A model generated the notes under the pieces. That model did not search any database. It was not told the origin of the DNA and saw only the letters and a list, made by a program, of their open reading frames with translations. This document shows, piece by piece, positions 62,157-64,000 of a stretch of 64,000 nucleotides of DNA (positions are counted from its first letter, which is position 1; every line of letters begins with the position of its first letter). The position numbers and the translations under genes were made by a program. The DNA lies in assembly GCF_037042905.1 (NCBI RefSeq), contig NC_087246.1, forward strand, positions 7,752,001 through 7,816,000. The letters are read 5' to 3'. The stretch comes from Lytechinus pictus (lineage: Eukaryota).

Positions 62157-63156
62157 CCGTATTTTTCGGTATATAAACCGCGGCCGTGTATTAACCGCAC
62201 CCCTAAAAATCGGGAGGCTTTAAAAAAAAAAAAATTACAATCCAATTTTGGTTGTAATTTGGAAGTGCAGATTTAAAATTATTAGAGAGACCAAACGATA
62301 TATTACTAATTTTTGTATTTTGAAAAATGGTTACTTTATTCTTTAACTTTATTTTTCAAAGAATATAAATTATTTCTTTGTAGAATGAAGAAAAATAAAA
62401 GACCATGAAATGGCAGTATTGTATATCAAAAACGGAAAAAGAAAACAAAAATGTTGAGAGAAACTGAGGGGAAAAAAATGAAGAATAGAGGACATTATTT
62501 ATTGCCTTTTTTTTTTTACCGATTACGATCGATTACGATTACATGCCTATTGCACAGCATTTTCAATGCATTTTTTAGGTGTAAAAAAATAAGTTTTCAT
62601 TACAAAAAACCAGGGTTTTTTTAAGGAAAAGGTGACCATAAAATAGCATTTTTTAATATCAAAATTATGGTATAAAATGGGAAAGTTTTTTTTTTTAATA
62701 TTGAGAGAAAAAGGAGAGAAATAAAGAATAAAGGACATTATTTATTGCTTTTTTTAATAACCGATTACGATTACGATCGATTACGATTACATGCCTATTG
62801 AAGAGCATTTCCCAAGCAATTTTAGCTGGAAAAAAAAGTTTTCATCACAAAACAATCAGTTTTTTTTTAGGAAAACATTATTAAATTGATAGTAATCAAA
62901 TTAATAGTATAAACCAATCATTACGAAGAAGATTTTTCAAAGAAAACTTCGCAAAATATACTCTCTATTCTTAGTAACCAACAAATAATTATACATCAAA
63001 TATTCTATATAATTCTTGGTTGCTTAACATTTATATTACCGACGAAGAAAGTCAGTTTTCCGACGGAATTGTGTTGTTTCTTTGTATAAACCGCACCCAA
63101 CATTTTAAGATTAGAAAGCGGGAGAAAAGGTGCGGTTTATACACCGGAAAATACGG
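62157..63156. mobile_element. pogo/Tigger-type MITE
   Basis: TA TSD; TIR ccgtatttttcggtatataaaccgc / gcggtttatacaccggaaaatacgg; internal ~230-bp duplication. Confidence 0.88.
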
Positions 63157-64000
63157 TACATGTACAATACAGCCATACAAATTGGCCGGCACAGTACAAG
63201 GGCAATCAAATTTAGTGATTTATAATTCTCTGGCTATTTTCTTGGTTCATTGGCCAATTATGCATTAACTCTGCAAGTAGTCTCAATACAATACTGGATC
63301 TGAGGTGAATTTACAGATTTTGATTTTAGTTATTAAGTCTTATTCCACGTTTTACATGAAAAATTAATAGCAAAATTTTAAAACATTATATTCTACATGT
63401 ATCATTAGTATACTATAAACTTGCCACTACATTAGACTTTAAAGCAAAGCTTTTTCTTCTGCTGCTTTCAAACTAAGCTTATTTCAAATCTACTAGTATA
63501 TAAATGCATAATCACTGAACTCATCCACATCTCAATAGCTGTGTGTGCCTGTACAGCGCATGTTAGTAGTACTGGTATGCCAGCTGTATGCTGCACATGC
63601 ATGTGTATATGTACACAAAGGATTCGGAATGCTAGGCCAATAACACACAATGACAAGGTCAAGTTATGCATTTATATGCACTTGCACTTCATGTACAATG
63701 TACATGTCGTAAAGGGCCTAAATGTACAGAAATTACATTCTTATCACTGGGTTGAGTCTGTTTTTATTGGGGAGACCCAGAGATAAGGAGAGATAGATTG
63801 TCCCTTTTTAAATCTCTTAGTCTCATCAGTGGAATGAATGTAATCATGATGTCTGACACTAGAGACTGAAAAATTAATATGGTTGAGACAGGCAGAGATC
63901 AAGGAGGTTTTCCTTTTAGTTTGCTTAGCTTTTGTTTACAATTGTAACAAATTACATTCATGCAATCTATTTTGATAGGTGATCACATAAGAGTCATCAA

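Overview
AT-rich animal genomic DNA, not prokaryotic. The repeat types resemble those of invertebrate deuterostomes such as sea urchins (inference). The one host gene is a TAO kinase (STE20/GCK family, TAOK1/2/3-like) on the minus strand. Sixteen coding exons with GT-AG boundaries join in frame from 54600 to a stop at 18145; the N-terminal exons were not found and probably lie beyond the window. Three structures stand out. (1) A 17-copy array of an 85-bp unit duplicates the 3' end of a kinase exon together with its splice donor (40730-42287). (2) A 12.4-kb element (1394-13774) has near-identical 749-bp terminal inverted repeats (TIRs), TAG..CTA ends and a 9-bp target-site duplication (TSD); it split an L2 LINE, carries nested TE cargo and shows no transposase. 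(3) A GC-rich candidate alternative exon lies near 36.0-36.2 kb. The introns hold nested DNA-transposon derivatives (pogo, piggyBac-, Harbinger-, Kolobok-, Sola2-, Academ- and hAT/P-like), Helentron-type repeats and a tRNA-derived SINE. Superfamily names rest on termini and TSD patterns only; no database search was run.
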